DNA of 64,000 nucleotides. Source: Octopus vulgaris (Eukaryota). Both the position numbers and the translations under genes were made by a program. The notes under the pieces are model-generated. The model was not told where the DNA came from. It searched no databases and saw only the letters and a list, made by a program, of their open reading frames with translations. The DNA is taken from the NCBI GenBank assembly GCA_951406725.2, contig OX597815.1, positions 62,310,001 to 62,374,000 on the forward strand, written 5' to 3'. This document shows, in pieces, positions 45,742-57,501 of the stretch. Every line of letters begins with the position of its first letter. Position 1 is the first letter of the stretch.

Positions 45742-46587
45742 ACACGCACACGCATATAAAGGGAAGCACAGTAAAGTATGATACGCAACCGAAATCGAAC
45801 TTGGTAGTGGGCTCCACAATCCACTCCGGTCTCCAGTATAATAAGATGCAGAGTATCAAACTCGAGATAGGGTAGACTGTGAAGCAGGAGCCAAATAGCG
45901 GACAGAAATAATAAGTAGAAAACAGCTGTGATATTCAAAGCTTTATAAGAGATACACGCCTTTCAACAAAATGCCGAAATAATTACATAGCAAGTAGAGA
46001 TATTATGTAATCATGCATTTCGCCTCATCACAGTCCCACCATGATGCCGGGTGTACATACATACATACATACGTACATACATACATACATACATGATGAC
46101 TGCCCCCTCGTTATCGAGTATGGCAATTGCACGAAACTTAACTGTTATTGGTGCTGAGATCGAATGTGACTTTTATTTGCTTTTTAAGTCTACAGCCAGC
46201 TATTCAGTTGAGACTCACAGCACTATCAATAATCATGAACAATGTTGCTATCGTGCAATGCCTGTGCAAGAAGATTTTTTTTAAAGTGAGGAAAGGCTGT
46301 GCACTGATTCAATCCCACTCACTAAGCAACAGCAGCCATAATCCGAAAAGAAGAACAAGTCAACATCATCGGTAACCACTGAGCCGCAGATTTTATGTCG
46401 GAGCTATCCCAGTTACCTGAGTTACCTTCTCCTAGAAGGATGCCCTAACAAAGGCTAGGAGTCCTTCACTCCCAATGGTTTAACTGCGCGATCGGGTATT
46501 CAGTCCGATTATTTCTATGTCCCCGCGCATGATACAACCTTAAGCCTTAAAAAAAAACCCACATTTATTATACATACATACACACAA

Positions 46588-47070
46588 ATGGTTTAGTTAT
46601 ACGGTGCCGGGTTTTACAGTCCTGTAACTAATAATAATAATGATATTTTTGTATAAGCTTAAAGCTTATGGCGAACTCCGTGCTATGACTAAAGAAAACA
46701 ATCTAATAACGAGGCATATAAGTTTTCGACAGAAAAAAAGAAGGCTTTCCTATCCCCGTAGGACTCGAACCCACATCTCTTTGTTAACGCAACTAAGTGT
46801 GTTTCCTTTTCACCATTGAATTAACCTCCCCCTTGCTGTCAGCTTTAAGAACTATATTAGTTCGTATTTGTTATATGTAAACAAACTTTCTATATATGCT
46901 TTCAGTGCGCATGGTTTTGTTATACGACGCCGTATTTTACATTCCTGTAAATAATAATGATGGTATTTTTATATAAGCTTAACGCTTATGCTGATCACCG
47001 TGCAATGTCTAAGGAAAATAGTCTAATAACGGGCCATATAAGTTCTTGACAGAAAAAAGAAGGCTTTCCT
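46588..47070. repeat. Diverged tandem repeat (~323-bp period) containing a tRNA-like segment
   Basis: 46588-46751 is homologous to 46911-47070; the spacer has GGACTCGAACCC (minus-strand B box). Confidence 0.75.
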
Positions 47071-47408
47071 GCGTGTGTTCGCTTACTGACAGGATCCGTA
47101 ATGGCATGCTCACTCCAAAGAAAAATAAATATAATTTAATGAATACAGGAGCTATACGTGAGTTACTTCAAGTTTCATATTTGGATAGTGCAATAATCGG
47201 ACAGGATTGTGTAGCATACCGTGCATGGTCAGGCAATCATTCCGGCTGAAATGACATCGTTGTTCCGGGAGGAAATGCGAAAGAAAAAGAAACACTAAAA
47301 AATTGAAGAAAACGTTCAGGGTAAAGGGGAAAATCCCTTTAATTCATTAGATGAAGAATATTACAGTTCTATATTTAAGAGATGAGGAATTACGCAGATT
47401 ATTTACAT

Positions 47409-47444
<36 letters not shown>

Positions 47445-47491
47445 TCGAAAAATACTTTAGGAATGAGAACCCAGGTTCAAAATTTCCCCAA

Positions 47492-47537
47492 GACACCTGA
47501 AGAAGGCTGGAGGGTATATCAGCCGACACGTTGTGTT
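47492..47537 (+). ncRNA. Minimal hammerhead ribozyme, GAAA changed to GACA
   Basis: GACAC-CTGAAGA-A-GGCTG(gagggtatat)CAGCC-GACA-C-GTT-GTGTT; short inverted flanks ATTATTTACAT (~47398) and ATGTAAATAAT (~47572). Confidence 0.65.
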
Positions 47538-47885
47538 AACAAGAAACAAGATGAGGACAAATATCCGTCGAATGTAAATAATGTAAATAATGAAGAATAT
47601 TGTTAACGTTAACATGTAAAACGGTTATGCCTAGTGCGAGTAGTCGAACTGGGTTGGGGGGAATGCTTAAGTTCCTTTATATACGTGTGTGTGTGTGTCA
47701 TATATACCAGTTATCTACTGAGATAAAATCAGATGATTATAGCCATTATGGATCTGTTCGAATGTAATAAAAAGAGCATAAAGTCCACGGCGTGGTACAT
47801 TAGGCTTGTGACTTCTTCTATAGCCTCGGGCCGACTAAAGACTTGTGAACGGATTTGGTAGACGGAAACTGACAGAAGCCCATCG

Positions 47886-47946
<61 letters not shown>

Positions 47947-49181
47947 GCGTGTGCATACGCGTGTCTGTGTTGACAAAAGTGACTGATAGAGCAAGCATCA
48001 GCCTTACTCTATCGACCAGGATTCTTCATAGCAGTGCTCCAGAGTGGCTGGAATCTAATGACTGAAACAAGTGAATGACAAAAGATAAAAGGTTCTTATC
48101 ATTCTCCCCCTCGGAACACCAGAAAAATGTTTGAACAATAATTCTGGTGGTGCTAGATTTCAATCTAAAAGTTCTTCTACAATCCCAACTTTTATCATCA
48201 AACATATTTGAACGTAGATGTTCTCAGATATCGTTCTCTGTAGCTCAAATATTAATCTTCTTTCCGCTTCATTAACCAAACTGTAAACGTGTCCAACTTT
48301 TCAAACATTTTACAATGATCTACCATAACCACTCCCAGACTTCCTCCAGTTCCTTACAAACTTCGGTATTTTATTACGAATCTCCGTTTGGTCTGTGTTT
48401 ATTTATAACTCGCTAAAATCACATGATTGCAGCATACGGTGGTGATAAGGCTCCAGAAATACGTGTTAGTGGAACCATTTTGGCTTTCCGATTTGCCATG
48501 GCATCTAACGCATTCGTCGTGTCATCCTCCCCTAGGCGATTTTCATTTCTCATAAGCAATACATTTGCACATTTCTTGCAATATACCAGAAACGGATACT
48601 GAAGTCTTACGTTTCGGCAAAATTAGAGATAGAAAACGTGCTTCCTTTGGTGTTTTTCTAGTGCTTTTCACCTAAAATCTGACACCATATATATATATGT
48701 GTATATATATATGTATAAATATATATATATATATATATAATTCTTTTATTTTTCTACTTGCTTCAGTCCTTTGACTGTGGTCATGCTGGAGCACCGCCTT
48801 TAGTCGAACAAATCGATCCCAGGAGTTATTCTTTGTGAGCCTAGTAGTTATTGTATTGGGCTCTTTTGCCGAACTGCTAATATATATATATATATATATA
48901 TTATAAATGACATATATATATATATATATATATATATGCATATATACATACATACGAACAACGAAAGAAACGATAGTGAAACGAGACCAGCAACATAAAG
49001 AAAAATCCCTTCATCAGTTGTCCCCTGTTTTATCTATTCCGCGTTTCGAAAAGTTCGTTTTCCATGTTTTTGTTTTTATGTTCTCGTTTTTTATTTTGTT
49101 CACGTATTTTTGACGTCCTGTATACATATATGCATGTATATATACATATATATGTAGGTATGTACCTATATGTATACATGC

Positions 49182-49249
<68 letters not shown>

Positions 49250-49296
49250 TATATTATTATGTGATCGAACGCCACGCATCCATTTTCAAATAAGTT

Positions 49297-49360
<64 letters not shown>

Positions 49361-49539
49361 ATGTATATATTTATACGACGGGCGCGATCCTTGCAGTTTT
49401 CAATCTACTAAATCCACTCACAAGCCTTTGGACGGCCCAAGACTATAGTTGAAGACACTTACCCAAGGTGCCACGTAGTGGGAATGAACCCAGAACCATG
49501 TGGTTGAGAAGCAAGTTTCTTACCACATAGCAACTTAAC

Positions 49540-49785
49540 TTGCGCTCTGTCGGTTACGACGACGACGATGGTTCCAGTTGATCCGATCAACGGAACAGCC
49601 TGCTCGTGAAATTAACGTGCAAGTGGCTGAGTATTCCACAGAAACGCATACTCTTAATGTAGTTCTCAAGAAGATTCAGCGTGATGCAGAATGTGTCAAG
49701 GCTGGTTCTTTGAATTGCAGGTACAACACATTTTTGCCAGCTGAAGGGACTGGAGCAACGTAAAATAAAGTGTCTTGCTCAACTG
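49540..49785 (-). mobile_element. SINE family B, abutting a family A head at 49375-49530
   Basis: GTTGATCCGATCAACGGAACAGCCTGCTCGTGAAATT. Confidence 0.8.
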
Positions 49786-49798
49786 AAAGACGCTCGTC

Positions 49799-49881
<83 letters not shown>

Positions 49882-50216
49882 AATGAATAGAAATACAAAT
49901 AATAAATAAAATAAATAAAAATAATAACTGAATATTAAAAATTCAAGGAGTAAAAATTTAAGGAATAAAAATTCAAGGAATAAACATTTAGGTAAAAAAT
50001 TTAAAGAGAAAAAAATACGAATAAAAGTCACGAATAACGAATAAAGAATTGCAAATAAACAAATACGAAATAAAAATGAAATAACAATGATGAAATATAG
50101 AGACGAAAATAAATCGAATGTTAACTTATCTTTTCTTTCCTCGGCGAAAATTAGACATAGCTACATCAGGCAAATAAGGTATAACCCGCGTTTGATAATA
50201 CCTATGTATAGGAGAT

Positions 50217-50600
50217 GTGGAGGCGCAATGGCCCAGTGGTTAGGGCAGCGGACTCGCGGTCGTAGGATCGCGGTTTCGATTCCCAGACCGGGCGTTGTGA
50301 GTGTTTATTGAGCGAAAACACCTAAAAAGCTCCACGAGGCTCCGGCAGGGATGGTGATGATCCCTGCTGTACTCTTTCACCACAACTTTCTCTCACTCTT
50401 ACTTCCTGTTTCTGTTGTACCTGTATTTCAAAGGGCCGGCCTTGTCACTCTCTGTGTCCCGCTGAATATCCCCGAGAACTACGTTAAGGGTACACGTGTC
50501 TGTGGAGTGCTCAGCCACTTACACGATAATTTCACGAGCAGGCTGTTCCGTTGATCGGATCAACCGGAACCCTCGTCGTCGTAACCGACGGAGTGCTTCC
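50217..50600 (+). mobile_element. Young full-length tRNA-derived SINE family B with 13-bp TSD
   Basis: A box TGGCCCAGTGG, B box GTTTCGATTCC; TSD ATGTATAGGAGAT at 50204-50216 and 50601-50613. Confidence 0.93.
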
Positions 50601-51471
50601 ATGTATAGGAGATACTTCAAATAAATGTCAGAAAGTTCTACTGGTGTATCTATTCCTTTATATAGTACAGTCAGGGGAACCGGAAATGAATGCATCACGG
50701 GAAAAAGCCACTTTTATCGTTGTTTAATTTATTCAATCTATGTATTATCGCAAAAAAACAACTTGGTAAGTTACTTCTTTAGACTCTCAATTCAAATATT
50801 TGGGGATACATAAGACTTACGTTTTATATAATTTAATATCTATTTTTTATATTATTATTCTTAAATATTTCACGTTACATTCAAACTAAATTTCAAATTT
50901 TAAGTTTAAAAATTTCAATTACAATTAAAATTGTGTAGCGTGCGGCTAACAATTTAATTAAAAAACTAAAGTATTGTAAATTAACCAATTAATATTATAT
51001 ATTTTTGTATAACTAAGTGCTACTTTCTAGTAATAACGGATGTATAATTATAATTATAACATTACCTAAAAATATGAATAAAGTTTTCATACTTTATAAA
51101 TAAAGTTTAGTTTATTTACTAAAGAATCAAATCTTAACAAATCTTATTTATTAAACAATTTACCCTGTCTGTATTAAAGTTTTCGTTCGTCTTGGGTATT
51201 GAGCGATATTATTTTGGCCTTTAAGATTTCCAGAAATTCGTGAGTACACCACAAACAGAACTTATTCCCTATTCTATATGATTTAGCTTTACATATTATC
51301 TTCCATTTTAATTTGTAGCTAATTTCTTTGGATTTTAATCCCCAAATATATTTACAAGCCTGTCGAATTCAATAATTTTCATATTTTTGAAGGAATACAA
51401 ATGCTGCGCTATTCCTTGGTTAATTTTATTAGATGTAGAACCACTATATGTCATATATGAATTTTCGCCAC

Positions 51472-51546
<75 letters not shown>

Positions 51547-51548
<2 letters not shown>

Positions 51549-51632
51549 TCTGTTTGACTTTTGCTTTACATTTGTACAAATTGGCTCCAAGTCTTACCCA
51601 GAGACCTCAAAGGACAACAAGTTGGAAATTCA
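51547..51632 (-). mobile_element. Short R4/Dong-like 3' end within (TAA)n, splitting the PLE GIY-YIG
   Basis: About 85 bp of complex sequence flanked by (TAT)n on both sides; family assignment is inferred. Confidence 0.5.
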
Positions 51633-51696
<64 letters not shown>

Positions 51697-52257
51697 TTCT
51701 CTTTGGCCATTAAAGACACCACACATTTATATACTACGTCCTTTAAGTTACATTTATTATTAAAATTACAATTATTTTTGTCCCTACAATTACAATATAT
51801 TAAGTTATTACCATTATTATTTGGATTATTATTTAGTTTATTGAAATAAAATTTATTCAACTTTTATTTATTTAATGCTGATATAATATTACCTACATTG
51901 CTAGGAGTTGAGTATCCTGCTCCTATATTATTTTTAGAAAAAATTATAATATATTTTTTTTATTTTCCATAGTAAATAATTCTATTATATTAATAATTTC
52001 ATTTATAATATTATTTTTAACCTGGGCACCGTAAGGGACGATTAACCAGATTTTATTATTATTATTATTTATGTTTATGTTACTAGTTTTCATGTGTTTA
52101 TTAACATTATTATTTATAGGTTGATCTGAGTTAAAGCTACCATTTCGTCTTAGTATTTATGTTTTTATTCTTTTTATTCTTTGAGTTTATTGTATGCTCT
52201 CTGTGCTCGATAATAGTTCGATATTTTTCTCTATTAGAGTTGTTGTTGTTGTTGTTG

Positions 52258-52291
<34 letters not shown>

Positions 52292-52324
52292 CATTATTAT
52301 TATGATTATTATTATTATTATCAT

Positions 52325-54112
52325 TCAGTAGTTTTATTTTTATAGCGTGCTTTCACTTCACTACCTATTTCTTTATTACCCACAAGGAGCTAAACACAGA
52401 GGGGACAAACAAGGACAGACATAGGTATTAAGTCGATTACATCGACCCCAGTGCGTAACTGGTACTTAATTTATCGACCCCGAAAGGATGAAAGGCAAAG
52501 TCGATCTCGGCGGAATTTGAACTCACAACGTAACGCAGACGAAATACCGCTAAGCATTTCGCCCGGCGTGCTAACGTTTCTGCCAGCTCGCCGCCTTCAC
52601 TACGCCTTTCACTTCACTACCGAGCGCAGCTCTGTGTGCCTTGGGTATGTGCTGTGATTTGTTGTGATGCTTTGATGGTTACTGCATTGAAAGTGTTCTG
52701 CGTAGGATGTGTGCAGTGCCTAGTAGTGCAATTTTCTGTATGTTATATGTGTTTGTAAGTCCTGGTGGTTTTGTTATGTATTTGTCTGAATATTTTTTTA
52801 TCATGCCTCATGCACCTATTATGATAGGAATTGTTTCTGCTTTTAGATTCCACATTCTGGTTACCTCTATTTCCAGGTCTTTGTATTTTGAGAGTTTCTC
52901 CATTTCTTTTAGAGACACGTTGTCATCCACTAGTATTGATACACCAATTAGAAAACATTTTTTCTTCATGATCTCTGACAACTATATCTGATTTGTTGGC
53001 CTTAATTTCTCTATCTGTGTGTATTGGCATATACCAGAGTATGGTTGCTTTCTCGTTTTCTGTGACCTTTTCTGGTGTGTGCCTATACCATCTTTTTTCT
53101 GTTGTTATTCCATAATGTTGGCATAGTTTCCAGTGTATATAGGTCCCAACTATGTCGTGTCTGTGAATATATTCCTTCTTAACCAGGACTGGGCAGCCAG
53201 AGATAATATGATTTATTGTTTCTTGTCCATCACCACATATCCTGCAGTTACTTGTTATATTTCTTTTCATTACATGTTTTTGGTATTTCTGGTGGGGAGG
53301 CTTTGGTCTTGTGCAGCAATTAAAAATCCTTCTGTCTCTGCTTTGAGTCCTGAGCTTCTCAATCATTGTTGGGATTTTTGTGTGTCTATTTCTTTTGCAT
53401 TTAGTTTAGTCCAGTATTTACCACGAAGGGGCTTTTCTTGCCATCATTTTATCACGGTTCGTTGCTGTTCTATTTTTAGTTTGGATTTCATTTGTTTTAT
53501 AGCTTTTGTTGTTTCTTCTTTCTTCTTCTTCTTCTTCTTCTTCTTCTTCTTCTTCTTCTTCTTCTTCTTCTTCTTCTTCTTCTTCTTCTTCTTCTTCTTC
53601 TTCTTCTTCTTCTTCTTCTTCATATTTGTTAGGTGGTATGATTTCTTGTTTGTATTTGTCAGCTTCCTTAAATACTGAGAACAGTTTTTTGTTTTGCTCG
53701 TGTTATGCCGCTATTTGTATCAGTTTTCCTTCCTTCTGAAGTAGATATTTTTGCAGTCCTATGGTGGTTATTTTATAGTAGTTTTCCAGCTGTATAAGGC
53801 CTCTACCACCTTCTATATGTTGTATATATAGCCTTTCTATGTCAGATTTTGGGTGATGCATCCTAGATCCTGTCATTATTTTTCTTGTTTTCCTATCTAT
53901 TTTGGTCAGTTCATTTCGTGTCCAGTTAAGGATATTGAAGCTGTAGCTTATAACTGAGACGGCTAAAGTATTAATACCTATTATCTTGTTTTTAGCATTG
54001 AGCTCTGTTTTTAGTATTTATCTAACTCGTCTATAATATTCTTTTTTTTATTTTTTCTCTTTCATTTGTGTGTGTTGTGTCTTATCTAATTATTATCTTA
54101 TTATTATCTGAT
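52325..54112 (-). mobile_element. 5'-truncated R4/Dong-like RLE LINE in (TAA)n
   Basis: EGGRGL motif (~53800), CCHC finger CRICG...ETINHIISGCPVL..Y..RHD, NK.DIV endonuclease region, QKIALLGTAHILR end; (TAT)n on both flanks. Confidence 0.9.
52366..52596 (-). mobile_element. SINE family C inserted in the LINE 3' UTR
   Basis: GGCGGCGAGCTGGCAGAAACG head; GCCTTTCATCCTTTCGGGGTCGATAAA central domain; flanking repeat CTTTCACTTCACTACC on both sides. Confidence 0.88.
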
Positions 54113-54113
54113 C

Positions 54114-54253
<140 letters not shown>

Positions 54254-54720
54254 TTTGTTCTTATTTTTATTTATAAATATATTTGCGTATTCTATATGGG
54301 TGATATTAGGGTCTTTAGCGTTATTGTCTTTTATATAATTTTTGCCATTTATATTATTACTGTAAAATCTAATCCTTCTTTATATCCCGCCTTAATTAAT
54401 GCATCATTATAACAGGTTGCATGTTTAAGGAAGCTATCATAATTCGATGAAAGCTATGTCTAATTTTCGTCGAGAAAAGAAAAGATAAGTTAACATTCGC
54501 TTTATTACCGTCTCTATTTTTATTTCATTATTATTTCATCATTATTTCATTTCTACTTCGTATTTGTTTATTCGCAATTCGTTATTCGTAACTTTTATTC
54601 GTAATTTTTACTCGTATTTTTTTCTCTTAAATTTTTTTTCTTTAAACGTTTATTCCTTGAATTTTTATTCCTTAAATTTTTACTCCTTGAATTTTTAATA
54701 TACATACATACATACATACA

Positions 54721-54778
<58 letters not shown>

Positions 54779-54783
<5 letters not shown>

Positions 54784-55480
54784 ATCCGGCAACCTCCGAA
54801 CCTGAGTGCTGGATTTTAAAAAATGCCGAATTTTTTATGGTTTAGTATGCTGTATATATTTAACAGAAAATTACAACCTGTGCAGTCCTTTAAAGAGAGG
54901 AAGTTAAACACTAAATGAAAAGTAAATGAAATTTTAATGTTCACTAACAAAATAGAATAGTTGTACGGAATTTTATTTCAACTAAATGAAATATGAGAAC
55001 TTGGTCCAGTTCCGAACTTTTTCCTTCAGTCATTGACTTCCTTACAAATACTTGCTTTTTTGGTCCACTGTCAGAAAAGAACTTTAACATTTTTTCTTTC
55101 TGTTTTGTTTTTTTAATATCAGACACTGTTGTAGATCTAATATCGTTTATTTCACAAATAGTTCGCATAGACATACTGCTATAAGGTTTTCTTTAGCATT
55201 TCTACTTTTTCTGCTATCGACAAGGCACAATGTTTACGTTCTACGTCACCTCTTTTCTTTTCTGAATCCATAATGGGGCTATACAACAGCAAATAAATAA
55301 AATGAGAGGGAACGAGCAGAATAAAATGAGAAGGAATAAGTATCAGAACATAAACGGCGCCTCGAGAAAACTGGCGCGCCGACACTGTAAATATATATAC
55401 AGTTGACATTCGAAAATCCGGCCATCGAAAATCCGGTTTCTTCAGATTTCCAGCTTGGATTTCGGAGTGCATTTTCAACT
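54779..55480 (-). mobile_element. Tigger/pogo transposon remnant (CENP-B-type HTH)
   Basis: KRGD.ERKH..LSIAEKVEML...I....STTVSDIKK.K.K...F......RK.M..G...ELDQ.L; AAAATCCGG terminal motifs at 54780 and 55413-55437. Confidence 0.75.
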
Positions 55481-55724
55481 TCACCGTGTTAGTGCGCTAC
55501 TGTTTTCTGTAGGCGCCAAAATGTAATTGCATGTGGATTGTTGGTGATTTTTTTCCTCCGCTTTCCTTTTCTTTTGGACTTACCTCTGTCTCCTTTTTCT
55601 GAAGAAGAGCTTTGCTCGACACGTAGAAAACACCGTTCTTTGCTTCCGTGAGAGTCTTATTAACACCTTGCATGTACCACGTCCTCACGTTGTTGCTTTT
55701 TTCTTAAATATATATATATATGTA

Positions 55725-57500
55725 CTAGCATTATGACCCGGCATTGCCGGGTCATAGTGCTAGTGCATGTATATATATATGTGTACATATTACATGTACA
55801 TCTATATATCTCTTATGATAATATATATATACAGCTACACATAAAATACAAAATACAAAGTTATATCCTGATATCGCTTCTGATAACAATACTCAAAATA
55901 TATAACAGAGTGGAATTGTAGGCCCGTCTCTTGCAATTTCGATCAATTGTATCTTGTCCTCCCTCTTGTATCGAAGTGTGGCTACAATCCAGCCTACCTC
56001 TACTTATGGGGGAACATTTAAAATTTTTATCCGAGACGTCCTAAGTCCCAGGTATAAAGGTAAAAATAAAATATTTCCACTTTGCAAGGTTCGAGTCGAG
56101 TACTCCCTTGCACGCTCCGATGACTCGAACCTTGCTTTTATTGTGGCGGATTTATCGCCTCTGATTAGATACTTGATATCTTTCATAGTCGCACCAAGAC
56201 ACTTTTCAATGGTGCTTTCCTCCAGGTGTTCAAATCTTTTTTCCCTACATTGTATACTTTATAGACTAGTCTTTTCTTTAATTTAAGTTTTTAATTTCGT
56301 TTGGTGGTATTATCCTAGATTCACCGTCTTTGTCGGTGATCAATCCGAAATAGGTTTGTATTCCTTCCATTTTAATTATAATGAGTTCGCGCCCGCTGGC
56401 GGCTGCAGCGAAATTCATTTTTGGACTTTCTTCTATCGAAGACATTTTAACAAAAATGCTTCCCTATAAACGGTGAAAATATTGTTAGTTTCCGCAAGCA
56501 GGGACACAATTCAATTTTTAAACAATAACCAAAGCTCCTTCTCCCAAAGGGGGAGGGTTACGGTTTACAATTATTTAACAAATGCAACACAACAACGCTT
56601 CCCTAACGAGGAACCAACAAGCGTGATAACAATAGTTAAATAGTAATAATAATAACAACAAACCTTACGGTGAATCAAAAAGCAGTACTCAGTTGAAGCT
56701 ATAGTCCTTTATGGATCAGAAATAAACCAACAGCAGTACTCGGTAGAAGCGTCTGTTCGAGAAAACAGACATTGCATACAGCCAAACTTCATATAGATAC
56801 TTAATGCTAGCTAATTAGCAGATAATCTAATGTAAAAGTCGTGGTATAGGGTATGTGCACAGCTCCATCTGGACTATTCCATTTCTGCACTTAAATTATA
56901 TTTTTAATTTATTCCCATTCATGTGAAACCACTTATTCAAGTTCAAGTCATTGATGCAATTTTATACCAATTGCTATTTTTACTTTTAATTGTTATGTTA
57001 CGATTTAATTATTATATTATACTTTAGTTTGATTTTAATGATTACTTACTACATATAATTCAATTGTTATTATTATCTCTAATTTTTATTGTTAAAGTGA
57101 AAGTATCTGACATAACATAGAGAAATGTTTTTGTTTCACTTTTAACACGTTATACTGAAATAGTGGAGAAGATATGATATTGCTATTGGCTCGCCCTAGG
57201 CAAGAATTTGAACATTTTTTTGCCCATGAAACTACATGGACCCTAAGTAAGGCATGTGTAAAATTTAAATGAAATTGGTTGTGTAGTTCTCAAGTTTTAG
57301 GGAATCATAGTGGAGAAGATATGATATTACTGTGGGCTCGCCCTAGGCAAAAAGTTAAAAAGATTTTTTGCCGATGGCACTCCCCGGACCTTAAGTAAGG
57401 CATGTGTAAAATTTGAATGAAATTGGTTGTGTAGTTTTCAAGTTTTAGGGAAAGAGACAGACAGACAGACAGACACACATTCTCAGTTTTATATATATAT
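55725..57500 (-). mobile_element. Non-autonomous Helitron with captured ORF fragment
   Basis: CTAG end with GC hairpin at 55725; (GACA)n and TA-rich 5' end near 57460-57500; internal ~140-bp tandem unit; blocks shared with 59520-60322. Confidence 0.75.
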
Positions 57501-57501
57501 A

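Noticed and set aside
46370-46545. RTE 5' UTR-like motif (CTAGGAGAAGG) that might hold an HDV-like ribozyme
   Set aside because: I could not assemble the nested double pseudoknot by eye.
48985-49090. Minus-strand GAAACGCG...CTGATGAAGGG with a short inverted repeat
   Set aside because: The order would need type II topology, and stems II and III and the UH site are not satisfied.
50219-50295. tRNA gene
   Set aside because: It is a SINE head, continuous with the SINE body and bounded by a TSD.
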